Shown here: piece after piece, positions 1-13,265 of the stretch
Layout: every line of letters starts with the position of its first letter
How positions within the stretch are numbered: the stretch's first letter is position 1
Position numbers and translations under genes: made by a program
Assembly (NCBI GenBank): GCA_964016885.1
Contig: OZ024764.1
Location: 19,964,001-20,028,000, forward strand
DNA from: Eledone cirrhosa
Lineage: Eukaryota
Reading direction: 5' to 3'
DNA length: 64,000 nucleotides
Notes under the pieces: generated by a model
Databases searched by the model: none
Seen by the model: the letters and a program-made list of their open reading frames with translations, nothing else
What the model was told of the DNA's origin: nothing

Positions 1-1601
1 AGACAATTTGATTTTTTTACACCTTAGTAAATATTTCGAAAAATGTAAAAATATAACAATTTGATTTTTTTACACCTTAGTAAATATTTCGAAAAATGTA
101 AAATTTTTTTATACTTTTCGAAATATTTACTAAGGTTATATAACCTTAATAAATATTTCGAAAAGTATAAAAAAATTGATTATTTTAGGTCTCTCAAAGA
201 AGATTCAATATTCTTTCACAAATTGATCTTTTTACACAGTATTTCGAAAATGATTTCGAAATTTTTACAGTCGGTGAAATCAATTTTTGAACACAAAATG
301 ATTACTTTCGAAATCTTTCGAAATATTTACTTTCTGATTTCAAATTTGGCGAAATATTTACAGAAAATGAATGTTTTTATACATTGATTACGTTTTTTGT
401 ATTTTTACGTTTTTTGTTAAAAAGTCATATTTTTACATTTTTGGAAATATTTACTAAGGTGTAAAAAAATCAAATTGTAAATTGATTTTATTGCATTTTA
501 CGATTTACTTTTCCCTTTATTTTTTTACGTTTTTCTGTTAAAAGTCAATCTGCGTTCATAGATTGATTTCTTTTACAAATTGAAGGCATTTTTGAAATCA
601 TTTACTTCAAAAATCATTTACTTCAAAAATGCCTTCAAAGAAATCGTCTATGAACGAAGATTGACTTTTAATAGAAAAACGTAAAAAAAGTAAAAGCAAT
701 AAAATCAATTTACAATTTGAATGTTTTACACATAAGTAAATATTTCGAAAAATGTAAAAATATGACTTTTTAACAAAAAACGTAAAAATACAAAAAACGT
801 AATCAATGTATAAACGCATTCATTTTCTGACAATTTGATTTTTTTACACCTTAGTAAATATTTCGAAAAATGTAAAAATATAACAATTTGATTTTTTTAC
901 ACCTCAGTAAATATTTCGAAAAATGTAAAATTTTTTTATACTTTTCGAAATATTTACTAAGGTTATATAACCTTAGTAAATATTTCGAAAAGTATAAAAA
1001 AATTGATTATTTTAGGGCTCTCAAAAAAGATTCAATATTCCTTCACAAATTGATCTTTTTACACAGTATTTTGACAATGATTTCGAAATTTTTACAGTCG
1101 GTGAAATCAATTTTTGAACACAAAATGATTACATTCGAAATCTTTCGAAATATTTACTTTCTGATTTCAAATTTTGCGAAATATTTACAGAAAATGAATG
1201 CATTTATACATTGATTACGTTTTTTGTATTTTTACGTTTTTTGTTAAAAAGTCATATTTTTACATTTTTCGAAATAAGGTGTAAAAAAACCAAATCGTAA
1301 ATTGATTTTATTGCATTTTACGATTTACTTTTCCCTTTACTTTTTTTACGTTTTTCTGTCAATCTGCGTTCATAGATTGATTTCTTTTACAAATTGAAGG
1401 CATTTTTGAAATCATTTACTTCAAAAATCATTTACTTCAAAAATGCCTTCAAAGAAGATTGACTTTTAATAGAAAAACGTAAAAAAGTAAATGCAGAAGT
1501 AAATCGTAAAATGCAATAAAATCAATTTACAATTTGAATGTTTTACACCTTAGTAAATATTTCGAAAAATGTAAAAATATTACTTTTTAACAAAAAACGT
1601 A
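1..1601. repeat. AT-rich palindromic (foldback-like) satellite, 827-bp period, about 2 copies
   Basis: GACAATTTG... recurs at 2 and 829. Perfect 76-bp palindrome at 929-1004 (one mismatch in the 102-177 copy). Long imperfect inverted repeat 361-829. Built from TTACACCTTAGTAAATATTTCGAAAAATGTAAAA in both orientations. Confidence 0.9.
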
Positions 1602-1902
1602 ATTTTATTACAATTGTATAAATTTACAGTCGAATAACGTTGTAAATATGTTTTAAATATATACATAAATAACATAAGTGTGTAAATAACATTATAAATT
1701 GCTGGCAATTCCTTGAGAAAGACATTGCAAATATATTGTCTAAACTGTGTATAATAATATAATTTATTGAACAATAATGATAAAGGAAAGAAAAACACAG
1801 TAGGAGATGGCAATTGACCACCAAGTGTGATAATAGGCCACACCTCACACCTTAGGGGTTAACTACACACTTTGAGGCAAGCCAACACACTGGCAGTATA
1901 AC

Positions 1903-2106
1903 TAAGGTGTTGAAATAACCAGGTACCCTCACGGGTATCACCTGACACCTCAGTAAGGTGAGGCTAAGGTGCTGAGATAACCAGGTACCCTTACGGATAT
2001 CACCTGATATCTCAGTATGGGCTGAAATAACCAGGTACCCTCACGTGTATCACCTGACACCTTGGTAAGGTGAGTCTAAGGGGCTGAGATAACCAGGTAC
2101 CCTCAC
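1903..2106 (+). repeat. ~62-bp tandem repeat (also 28463-28617)
   Basis: TAAGGTG(T/C)TGA(A/G)ATAACCAGGTACCCTCACGGGTATCACCTGACACCTC repeated 3-4 times. Confidence 0.8.
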
Positions 2107-2445
2107 GGAAACGACTAGATTTGTAGAAAAAGTAGGGTGAAAGTATACGAAGAGATGTAGTTTCACGTTGGGTGGGAAATAATTATTTTTCTTAGATTTT
2201 TTTCTAGACCCCTTTTCAATATTTTCTCTGGACTCCTTAGATACTGGCAATAGACGTTTTATTCCCCAGTATTAAGGTTAGGGTTTCCGTTTTCAGGAAG
2301 AAAAGTCGATTGCAAACATCTAAGAGATCGAGAAATAAAAATAAGGAAAGATAATTATTTCCCAGCCAACTGAAGAAGTGTGTAGCTCTTCTAAACTCCG
2401 ATAATCCTGTCTCCCACTTCTTTATCTACAAATCTAGTCGTTTCC
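2107..2445. mobile_element. Non-autonomous TIR element (MITE) with GG...CC termini
   Basis: 21-bp perfect TIR GGAAACGACTAGATTTGTAGA / TCTACAAATCTAGTCGTTTCC, plus an inner IR GTTGGGTGGGAAATAATTAT / ATAATTATTTCCCAGCCAAC. No TSD visible. Confidence 0.75.
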
Positions 2446-2569
2446 TGCTACTTTGAAGGCCCTATTTATTGATAACACCATTTGTAAATCTTTGTCGACT
2501 TTTCATACGTAAATTGTGAATCAGTTATTTTTAAACAAACTATCAAAGAAGTGATCTCACAGTAACTGT

Positions 2570-2790
2570 GTTTGATTCAATCAACTTATTCCCCCCAAAC
2601 ATTGTTGACCTTGTGTCTAAATCAGAAACTATTATTAGATCTTAAATCAACCCCGTAAAGATGAAGGGCAAAGCTAACCTCGGCGGGATTTCAACCCTTT
2701 ATGTTATGAGTTCAAATCCCACCAAAGTTAACTTTGTCTTTCATTCTAACGGGGTGGATAAATTAAAGTTCCAGTTATCTACTGGTGTCT
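2570..2790. mobile_element. tRNA-derived SINE fragments, including a head-to-head pair (also ~29100-29320)
   Basis: B-box-like GAGTTCAAATCCC followed by AACTTTGTCTTTCATT...GGGGTGGATAAA at ~2708-2790. Diverged reverse complement at ~2640-2697. Confidence 0.6.
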
Positions 2791-2846
2791 GAGATATTAA
2801 CGTTTGAGTAGATTCTATTTTTTGTGTGTTTGTATTTATAATCTTA

Positions 2847-3362
2847 CTAGAACACCTGTGACCTGTTGGGTCACGTTCCCTTTAAAAATAATTTTTAAAT
2901 AATTAAAATATACAGACATGTCTATAATTTAAAATGAAATTAGTAGTTAGGCCCATGTATATATATATATAAGGGCGGTGTTAGTTAGGCCCATGTATAT
3001 ATATACAGGGGCGGTGCCCCAGCATGGCCTCAGCCGGATGTCTGAAACAGGTAAAAGAGTAAAAGAGTAATATATATATGCGTGTGTACATATGTGTGTA
3101 TATATATGTCACAGACACACACACACAACTCGTTATACTTTTAAAATTTCGTTCAACAACACCAACAGCTCTCTCTCTCTCTATTTATGAAGGTACCAGA
3201 AAAAACTCATATCTCGGGAACCTGTGCTCTGATTTACATGAAACTTGTTTTATCCCATTTGTATTCCCATTTCAGGGTCAACTTCCTTTCAACTATTTCC
3301 CCATTATGCCCCGTTTTGGCTGTATTACATTACAGACAAGACACAATCACAGAATTTTAGGT
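2847..3362 (-). mobile_element. Non-autonomous Helitron-like element, minus strand, 5' tip eroded
   Basis: Reverse complement of the 10955-11315 family. CTAG terminus at 2847-2850 with adjacent hairpin-like sequence. Confidence 0.7.
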
Positions 3363-3417
3363 TTATAATGTTATAGTATCATGATAGGGTAATACAGTTA
3401 TTTATAGACCTGTGGTA

Positions 3418-3645
3418 AATGTTGGTTCAGTCTACCCTGGGGGGTGTTAGTGTTGGTTCAGTCCACCCTGGAGGTGTTAGTGTTGGTTCAGTCCACCATG
3501 GGGGGTGTTAGTGTTGGTTCAGTCCACCCTGGGGGGTGTTAGTGTTGGTTCAGTCCACCCTGGGGAGTGTTAGTGTTGGTTCAGTCCACCCTGGGGGGTG
3601 TTAGTGTTGGTTCAGTCCACCCTGGGGGGTGTTAGTGTTGGTCAA
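3418..3645 (+). repeat. ~31-bp minisatellite GTGTTAGTGTTGGTTCAGTCCACCCTGGGGG (also 30424-30617)
   Basis: About 7 direct tandem copies. Confidence 0.9.
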
Positions 3646-3649
3646 TGAT

Positions 3650-4075
3650 AACCTTTATAACTAGAGGCCTGTTGGTGAGGACAAGCAGGAAGTGGTGACA
3701 TCTTTCTGCTACCTGTGTGACATGTCAGCTGGAAGTGGATCCAAGTTCACTGCCATCATGCTGTGCCACTCCACAGGTAACAAGTTTAGGCAGCTTCTCC
3801 TAATCCTCAAGACATGCTGGCTACCATTAGACACCATGGGGCAGATTTATAACACCTGTGGGAGAAGTGTGTTGTTTCATGCCAGCGAGACCTGGGCCAT
3901 GTTATCTGACTGTCTGAATTGACTCTGAAGAAATGACAGAGCTATGATCCACTGGATGTGTAGTGTGACCATTGAGGATGATGTCAGCTCAACTGAGCTC
4001 CTAAAAAAACTGCTGATCGACAACCTCAAGGATGTGTTTCACAGGAGACTGGTATGGCCATGTTGTGCATTCTCT
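3650..4075 (+). mobile_element. RTE-clade LINE 3' RT fragment (decayed)
   Basis: Translates to VTSFCYL.DM ... YNTCGRSVLFHASETW, typical of the RTE C-terminal region. Confidence 0.75.
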
Positions 4076-6640
4076 CTCAACTCATCTATGCTTGGTCGTT
4101 GATGCACATTGACATTGCACATCCAACGGAGCATACTTGCTTCATCTCTCTCCAGCCGTTGCTGTCCATGTCTCACTACCGTGCAGCATCACACATCTCA
4201 CGCAGGCATCACAAGCCATTCGTTCTTAGAGAGAAACCCTTCTTTGTCAACATAGGAAGCAGCTCCCTAAACTTCTTCCAACCCGTCCTTATTCTAGATA
4301 CTATGGCCTCTGAGCACCCTCCTCCCATGCTAATTTGATCACCTAGATACCGGAAGCTATCAACCACTTCTATAGAACCTATCTGCATTTGAAAAATGTG
4401 TCTATCACTACAACTTCTACTGTCAAATTTCCCTGTACATCTACTGCATATGTATTTTTCCCTACCTGTTAGTTTGCCTGCTATACCACTACATTTCTTG
4501 TGTACCCAAAATCTGCATTGTGTACATTATAGAATTTATGCCAGTTCCTTCTCTACATATTGAACAAGGCCATTTCCCTGAAGGAATGATAGTTTTGTCC
4601 TCTTTTCTACTCATCAACACTTTAGTCTTAGCTAGGTTCACTCTCAGTCCTCTTGATTCCAACTGCTGTTGCAATAGCCAGAATTTATGCTCTAGCTCCT
4701 CTACTGATTCTGCTATAAGAACCATATCGTCAGCATAGAGAACTTCCCATGGGCACCTAGTCTTAAACTCCTCTGTTATGACATGGAGGACTATAATGAA
4801 CAAGAGCGGGCTGAGGACCGAACCCTGATGTACTCCTGCATCTGTAATTCCTCACTAAACTCCATGCCTACCCTCACTTTACTGACAGCACCTCTGTACA
4901 TAGCTTGCACTGTCTTCACAAACTATTCCTCTACACCTAGTTTCCTTAGGGACCACCAGATGACAGATTGGGGTACTCTATCAAAGGCCTTCTCTAGGTC
5001 AACAAAAACTAAGTATAGTGGTTTTCTTCTCTAAGAACCTCTCTTGTAGTTGTCTCACTAAGAAGGGGGCATCTGTTTGACTCTTTCTCTAAGTTGCGCT
5101 AGTATTCTTTCTGTCACTTTCATAACCTGATCCATCAGTTTTATACCCCTATAATTATTCCCCTCCAGAACATCCCCTTTACCTTTACCTCAATTTATGA
5201 GAACACTGCTGCACCAGTCTTTGGGTATGACATCACCATATATAGCTTGATTAATGATGCATGCAACCAGTTTAATTCCTACTTCTCTTGATGCCTTCAG
5301 CATCTCAGCAACTATCCCCAACAGTCCAGCGGACTTACCATTTTTCATTTCCTCAATTGGACCCTATAGTCGTCAATCTCAATAGCTGGTCCTTCTGTCA
5401 GGTCTACTGAAGGTAGCTCCCCTCCTTTTCATTCTCCACATTCATCAGTCTCTCATAATGACATTTCCAGGCCTCCTTTTTTTGAGAATCAGTGACACTA
5501 AGTGCACCAACATCCTGATTTACACTGACACACTGCCTTGCAATGTGGATCACCGCAAATCTCTGATCTCCCCATCGCAGGACATTGGCAAACCTTCTAC
5601 TCTCAGCCTCCCTGCATGTTAAGTAAACCTGACATCTAGCTTCTCTCTTAGCGGCTGTGTATCGGTCTCTACCTCTACCATTTTTCCAAGCCTTTTGTCT
5701 CTAATGGCTCTATCTACCGTGCTGTTCCACCACCAGGTCACCCTCTGTCTGGTTGGAGCTCTGCTCCAGCCACAAGTTTCTTCAGTAACCTGCAGTAAGT
5801 TGTCACGTAAGAAATTCCAGTTATCGTCCATGTCATAGGACTCTAAATCGTCTTCTTTTTCGCCATACACATCTTGAAGGGCTTTCCTAAGTTTATATTT
5901 TAGTGAAAGGTCTTTTAGTTTCCAGACCTTCCTTTTTCACACTTTCTTGTATGTCTCACTTTGTCTCTTGCTTACTGAGATGTCACTAACGACTAACCTA
6001 TGTTGGTGGGGTACATTGTTCCCTGGGGTATGCCGTAGTATTTGACACCATCTGTCTCTCTTGCTACTTAACTAGCAAGAAGTCAATCTGTCTCATGTGC
6101 TCACCTGATTAGTAGGTTATTAGGTGGTTGGTAGGTTTCTTGAAGTGTTGCAAATGGTTAGTTCACTTGTATCACAAAATACAAGAAGCCTCACTCCTTC
6201 ATGTCTTGAGCCATAACCATGACCACCATGTACCCCAGTGTATCCATCCTGGAACTGTCCAACATGACCATTGAAGTCCCCTGCTATTATAACTAGGTCT
6301 CTGTCATTGTGGTTATCTCTACTTATTCCTTTTCTACATATGGAGCAGGGCTACTTTCCTGAAGGGGTCAGGGTCTTCTCTCCTATCCATTAGCACTTTA
6401 GTTTTGGCTAAGTATATTCTCAGAACTTACCATTTCAAATTCTATATCTATAGCTGGTCATCTACATAGAGAAGTTTCCATAGACAGCCAGTCTTAAACC
6501 TCTCTGTTATGGCTAGGAGAACTATGATGAACAACAGTGGGCTAAGAACTAAACCATGATGAACTCCTGCCTGTACCTTCAATTCCTCACTAATCACACT
6601 TTACTGACAGCTTCTCACAAGCCATTCTTCTACACCTAAT
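4076..6640 (-). mobile_element. RTE-clade LINE relic (APE + RT, frameshifted) plus an adjacent second fragment
   Basis: PWEVLYADDMVL..GLRVNLAKTK, TWWWN, and APE motif AGDFNGHVG (translated in the B copy). Confidence 0.9.
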
Positions 6641-6859
6641 TTCTTTAACCCTTTAGTATATAAACTGGCCATATCTGGCGAGAATTGTCTCATGTCTTTC
6701 TGTTCAAACTGGCCGTAACTGGTCACTTATACTTATGTTAAGGTATTGTTCTCAAAATAAGTAACATCAAAATCTCATAGATTTGATATTATGAGTGATA
6801 AAGCATTTACTGTGAAAATATAATAGTAAATATAGAGTAATGTAAATACTAAAGGGTTA

Positions 6860-7232
6860 ATCTGATGTCACTAATAACTACTTTTATCTGTCAGTTTAAT
6901 CTAATGTCACTAATAACTACTTTTATCAGTCAGTATAATCTGATGTCACTAATAACTACTTTTATCAGTCAGTTTAATCTAATGTCACTAATAACTACTT
7001 TTATCAGTCAGTTTAATCTAATGTCACTAATAACTACTTTTATCAGTCAGTTTAATCTAATGCCACTAATAACTACTTTTATCAGTCAGTTTAATCTAAT
7101 GTCACTAATAACTACTTTTATCAGTCAGTTTAATCTAATGTCATTAATAACTACTTTTATCAGTCAGTATAATCTAATGCCACTAATAACTACTTTTATC
7201 AGTCAGTCTAATCTAATGTCACTAATAACTAA
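6860..7232 (+). repeat. 39-bp minisatellite upstream of the ZNF splice acceptor (~9.5 copies; ~2.5 at 33200-33300; ~8.5 at 49387-49720)
   Basis: AATCTAATGTCACTAATAACTACTTTTATCAGTCAGT(T/A)T in tandem. Confidence 0.95.
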
Positions 7233-7357
7233 CCTATGTTAGTCAGCACATTCTTCACCAAAGAAGGCCTTAGTATTTATTACAGTCCATTTATCAATAT
7301 AGAAATATTATATGAAATTTGTACTGATGTATTACAAGTTTCTCAGTATCTTATAAT

Positions 7358-7375
7358 GTTCTTTTATTATTTCAG
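7358..7375 (+). promoter_or_regulatory. Putative 3' splice acceptor of the ZNF terminal exon (AG at 7374-7375; also 33439-33440 and 49862-49863)
   Basis: TTCTTTTATTATTTCAG|AATACC is identical in all three copies. Confidence 0.6.
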
Positions 7376-7568
7376 AATACCAGAGGACATTGGCATTAAA
7401 GAGCACGTTACATCAGACATATCCTCAACATTAACCATTTCTAATGAAATACACTAACCATCATTTTCAAATAATTTTGAAAACACTCAACACTTTGAAG
7501 TGATTTAGTAATATAACTAAATTTCTCAGTATTAAGCTGTGAATTATGTGAGAAACTGAAGTGATTGA

Positions 7569-8867
<1,299 letters not shown>

Positions 8868-9130
8868 CTGTATCAATATCAAACTCATTACTACAACAAC
8901 AACAACAATTGTGTAGATCCATCATCCTGGCTAAAACTGGAGTCAACCTTGTAGGTTTTACCTATGACAGGGATCATAAACACCAGGTTTCCATTTTTGA
9001 AGTAGTGTTTGAAGATTTTGTGTAAATTAAAGTTTTTCACATCAAACTTTGATTTATTATACTTTAACAGGTAAGATATATATTTGTATTTTTAGTAAAG
9101 GTTTGGGAACTTCTGTAATTTAAACCTGCC

Positions 9131-9136
9131 AATAAA
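9131..9136 (+). promoter_or_regulatory. Candidate polyadenylation signal (also 36035 and 51900)
   Basis: AATAAA about 265 nt after the stop in all three copies, followed by a T/GT-rich tract. Confidence 0.55.
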
Positions 9137-9514
9137 ATGAAAACTTTTGTTGTTGTTAGTCAGACATTGATATTAATTCTATTGTCCTGTACATTGTCTC
9201 AAATATCACAGATTAAACAGATTTTAACAATAACAACAGAAGTCAATAACTTGTAAGCCTAATATCTAGCTTCCATTTTAACTATTTGATATTGTTGTTG
9301 CCCTCCTGTCTCTTCAGGTCTTTTAGATTTCAACTTCTATCTACTGTACTATTCCATCATCAAGGCAACATTCATCTGGCTGGCAGCTTACATCAACTAC
9401 AGATCTCATCAGTGGTTCACAACAGGCTGTCTGAAAGAAACTTGCTGATATCTTCTATGTCATAGCTATCAATCTCCTCCTCCTTATCATATGTATCATG
9501 TAGAACATCTCTGA

Positions 9515-10170
9515 ATTTATATTTAACAGGGAGATCTTTTACTGTCCCTACCCTTTTCTCTAGGTTGTCTTGTACCTCTCTCACAGTCCCTCTAGATCTT
9601 ATATTTAACAGGGAAATCTTTTACTATCCCTACCCTTTTCTCTAGATTGTCTTGTATCAGTCTCACAGTCCCTCTGGAACTTATATTTAATAGGGAGATC
9701 TTTTACTGTCTCTACCTCTTTCTCTAGGTTGTCTTGTACCTCTCTCACAGTCCCTCTAGATCTTATATTTAACAGGGAGATCTTTTACCTTCTCTACCCT
9801 TTTCTCTAGGTTGTCTTGTACCTCTCTCACAGTCCCTCTAGATCTTATATTTAACAGGGAGATGTTTTACTATCCCTACCCTTTTCTCTAGGTTGTCTTG
9901 TACCTCTCTCACAGTCCCTCTAGATCTTATATTTAACAGGGAGATCTTTTACTGTCTCTACCTCTTTCTCTAGGTTGTCTTGTACCACCCTCACAGTCCC
10001 TGTAGATCTTATATTTAACAGGGAGATGTTTTACTCTCCCTACCCTTTTCTCTAGGTGGTGTTGTACCTCTCTCACAGTCCCTGTAGATCTTATATTTAA
10101 CAGGGAGATTTTTACTCTCCAACCCTTCTACAGATAGTCTTGTATCTGTCAGTCCCTCTAGATCTTACAC
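9515..10170 (+). repeat. ~82-bp minisatellite (~8 copies; also 36418-36910 and, interrupted, 52733-54400)
   Basis: TCACAGTCCCTCTAGATCTTATATTTAACAGGGAGATCTTTTACT...GGTTGTCTTGTACCTCTC in tandem. Confidence 0.93.
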
Positions 10171-10457
10171 CTAGTATCTAGTCTATGTTGAGTGGTACGT
10201 CCTTCTCCAGTAAAGGAGTTAATATTCCCAACCATCTGTCTATCCTGTTTTCTGATGAGAATGAAGTCAATCTAGTTTATCTCTTCACCTGATTGAAGTA
10301 ACTAGATCAAGTAACTAGATGTTTTCCTGTAAGTTAGTGTTGCAGTGTTTGTGTCACCATGTAAGGTTTATATCTATTAATATAGAGATGTAGTAAAGTT
10401 TTCACTGTTGTATCTCTATTTTCTAAATATCTTAATAATGTTTCTCTACTATTTCAG

Positions 10458-10826
10458 AATATCACATGACCTTGACAGAAAAGAGTCTTTTAAAGACAAC
10501 AGAAAGATGTTATATACAAGTGATATAAACTTGTTTAGTCTGTGGTGAATTATGGTGAAATATTTCTTCTGAATTGTGATAAATAACAACATTTTCCTTT
10601 TTCACTGTCTGGAATATTTACAAGATGATTTTACATTCTGATTAAACTTTGGATATTTACAAAGGAGTTTTCAAAATATTTGGATATTGACAAAGATCAC
10701 ATTTGGTAAAAATTATGAACAATAGAAATATTTACATCAACATAGGAATATTTTCCAGAAGAGATGGGAAAATCATTATACCACTGTAATATTTGTGGTA
10801 AAGTATTCTCTCTTCTTTATATGTAG
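10458..10826 (+). pseudogene. Vestigial ZNF terminal exon (half finger)
   Basis: Acceptor TTTCTCTACTATTTCAG|AATATC, a leader homologous to the ZNF C leader, then ATG at 10764 giving MGKSLYHCNICGKVFSLLYM*. Confidence 0.7.
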
Positions 10827-10954
10827 AACATCTAACTAAACACTTTAATTAACAAACTATTGTGCTATAGAATTGACAAACTTGAGGAATGTTTAATAAA
10901 TGTTACAGATTTCTCCAAACTGTCGTTTACTAACTTTAATTTGAAGCTATATTA

Positions 10955-11315
10955 TCTATATACTACTAAAACTCTGTGATTGTGTCTCGTCTAATTTAAT
11001 ACAGCTAAAACAGTGCATAATGGGGAAATACTTTGAAAGGAATAAAACAATTTTTGTATAAATTGGAGCACAGGTTCCCAAGATTCAAGGTTTTCTGGGT
11101 ACCTTGATATATATAGGGAGAGAAAGAGATAGTGGTTGTGAGAGTGAGGAGAAAGATGGAAGAGAGAGAGAGCTGGTGGTGTTGTTTAATAAAATGTGTG
11201 TGTGTATATATATATATACGTATGTGTATATTTTAACTATTTAAAAATTATTTTTAAATGACTTTTAAAAAATAGTTTTAAGGGAACGTGACCCAACAGG
11301 TCCCAGGTGGTCTAG
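10955..11315 (+). mobile_element. Non-autonomous Helitron-like element
   Basis: A|TCTATATACTACTAAAA ... GC-rich hairpin-like GACCCAACAGGTCCCAGGTGGT-CTAG|T, with internal microsatellites. Confidence 0.75.
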
Positions 11316-11714
11316 TTTGTTACTAAATACTAGATATTAGAGGGTCATGTTCTAGATGTGCTGGAAGAGCCATTTCATCTTGTGAGGTTCACACCAGCAG
11401 CTGGCCACCTCAGCACCTATGGTGGTATATTTATTATATTATTTATTCTTTATCATTAACATTAATATAAAAGATAATTATATATTTTTAGAGAAGAACC
11501 TCTAACTTCATATAGCTTAGGGCTTCAGTAGGTAAAAGTCTGGCCCTGCTTGTCTTGTATTTTTTAGGGGAGAAGTTAGGGAATACTGTTATTGTGTGAA
11601 AGTTTTCTAAATCTTCAGCCAGTTACATGGAGAAGATATTTCAGTAAAAAGGTTCACATCCTGACATCTATAGCTGTTAACAATAAGATTGGAATTCATT
11701 ATTAAACAAATGTT

Positions 11715-12440
11715 ATATCATCACTGTTTAACAACAGTTTTTTCACTCTGGCATGGGTTAGACGAGTTATCCTCTTGTAAGCAAGGCCAGGTCAGGTGAC
11801 CATGTCTGGCTCCTACAGAACAAATTTTGGATTGGTTTCTACAGCTGGATGCCCTTCCTAGCACCAACCTTATTTACATTGAATACTGGCTGCATTTTAC
11901 CATCTTACCATCACCACCACTTTACAGTGTGGGCTGGGTGCTTTTTGTTGTGACACCTATATGACCACTTTACAGTGTGGGCTGGGTGCCTTTTGTTGTG
12001 ACACCTACATGACCACTTTATAGTGTGGACTGGGTACTTTTTGTTGTGACACCAACATGACCACTTTAAAGTTTTGGCTGGGGACTTTTTGTTGTCACCT
12101 ACATGACCACTTTACAGTGTGGGCTGGGTGCTTTTTGCCGTGACACCTACGCAACCGCTTTACAGTGTGGGCTGGTTTCCTTTTGTCATATCACCTACAT
12201 GACCACCTTATAATGTTTATTGAGTGTTCTTTGCAGTCTAGGCTGGCTTCTTTTTGTCATATCACATCCATGACCACCTTATAATGTTTACTGTGTGTTC
12301 TTTGCAGTGTGGGCTGGTTTCTTTTTGTCATATCACCTCCATGACCACCTTATAATGTTTACTGTGTGTTCTTTACAGTGTGGGTTGGGTGCTTTTTGTC
12401 ATATCACCTACCCAACCACTTTGCAGTGTGGGCAGTGAAA
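11715..12440 (-). mobile_element. RTE-associated SINE-like element with an internal 48-bp minisatellite expansion (also ~15390-16160, ~19110-19880, ~22830-23400, ~55955-56660)
   Basis: TTTCTACAGCTGGATGCCCTTCCTAGCACCAAC motif, (ATC)n tail remnant, and tandem TGACACCTACATGACCACTTTACAGTGTGGGCTGGGTGCTTTTTGTTG. Confidence 0.7.
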
Positions 12441-12479
12441 TATCAGTAATGCACCAGCTCCAATATTCAGTAATCAGAA

Positions 12480-12978
12480 GGGAGGTAGGCATAAAAGCCA
12501 AACTTGCTGTCTTCAATTAGGTTTTTGTGCCAACCCTTACCTATGGTCACATATCTTCGGTAATGACCAAAATAATATGATTGGGAATACAAATGGCAGA
12601 TATGGGATTCCTCTGAAGGGTCTTTGAAGGAACGTTTCTCAATAAAGTGCATAGCTCTGAGATCAGAGAGTCACTCCAGGTGGAGCTGTTACTTCTCCTA
12701 ATTGAGACATCACAGCTGCAATACTATGGCCATGTGGTTAGAATGTCTGAGGAAAGAATCACTGGATAGATTTTACAGGCAAAACTAACCAGCAGGAGAC
12801 CCAGGGGTAGACCTGAGCAAGATGGTCACATAACATCCATGAGCTTGGCTGGTCTCTCTGGGAGATCCAGCCAGATCAGTTGGAGTGGGTTGCTTCTGAC
12901 AGGACCTGTTGGAGGGACTGTTTGAGGACTCTGCCCCCAAGACCCTCTCTGGAATGACTGGATTAATAAGAAGAGGTT
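12480..12978 (+). mobile_element. Decayed RTE-like LINE 3' end (repeated at ~16200-16700 and ~19920-20417)
   Basis: LTYGH...ADMGFL and YYGHVVRM...RPRGRP remnants. Confidence 0.6.
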
Positions 12979-13265
12979 GAGGTTACATAATCAACATCAG
13001 ATTTCCCTGCTAGCAAGGGTTTAATGAGTCTACTTCAACCAAGTAAGTACTGAAGTGAGGCTACTGATCTCCCAGACAGACCAAGGATCTGACACTTATT
13101 TACATAAGGTCTCATTAGCTACTGAGTGCACAGAAAAGGTTGTCATGTTTTTGTCATGATTGAAGGGTTCTCCAACACTATTGTCGGGCAAGCTTTCTAT
13201 GGCTAGATGTCCTTCACATGACCAACCACATTACAGCCTGTGTTGGGCGTGTTTATCATGTAGGT

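Noticed and set aside
61-1214. Duplicated 108-aa ORFs
   Set aside because: TTG starts inside an AT-rich palindromic satellite; no domain-like content.
6865-7242. (MSLITTFISQFNL)n ORF, also at 49392
   Set aside because: By-product of a 39-bp minisatellite; not continuous with the ZNF ORF and lies upstream of the inferred acceptor.
11930-12430. CRISPR-like periodic repeats (also the 82-bp and 48-bp arrays)
   Set aside because: No unique spacers, no cas genes, eukaryotic context; these are plain minisatellites.
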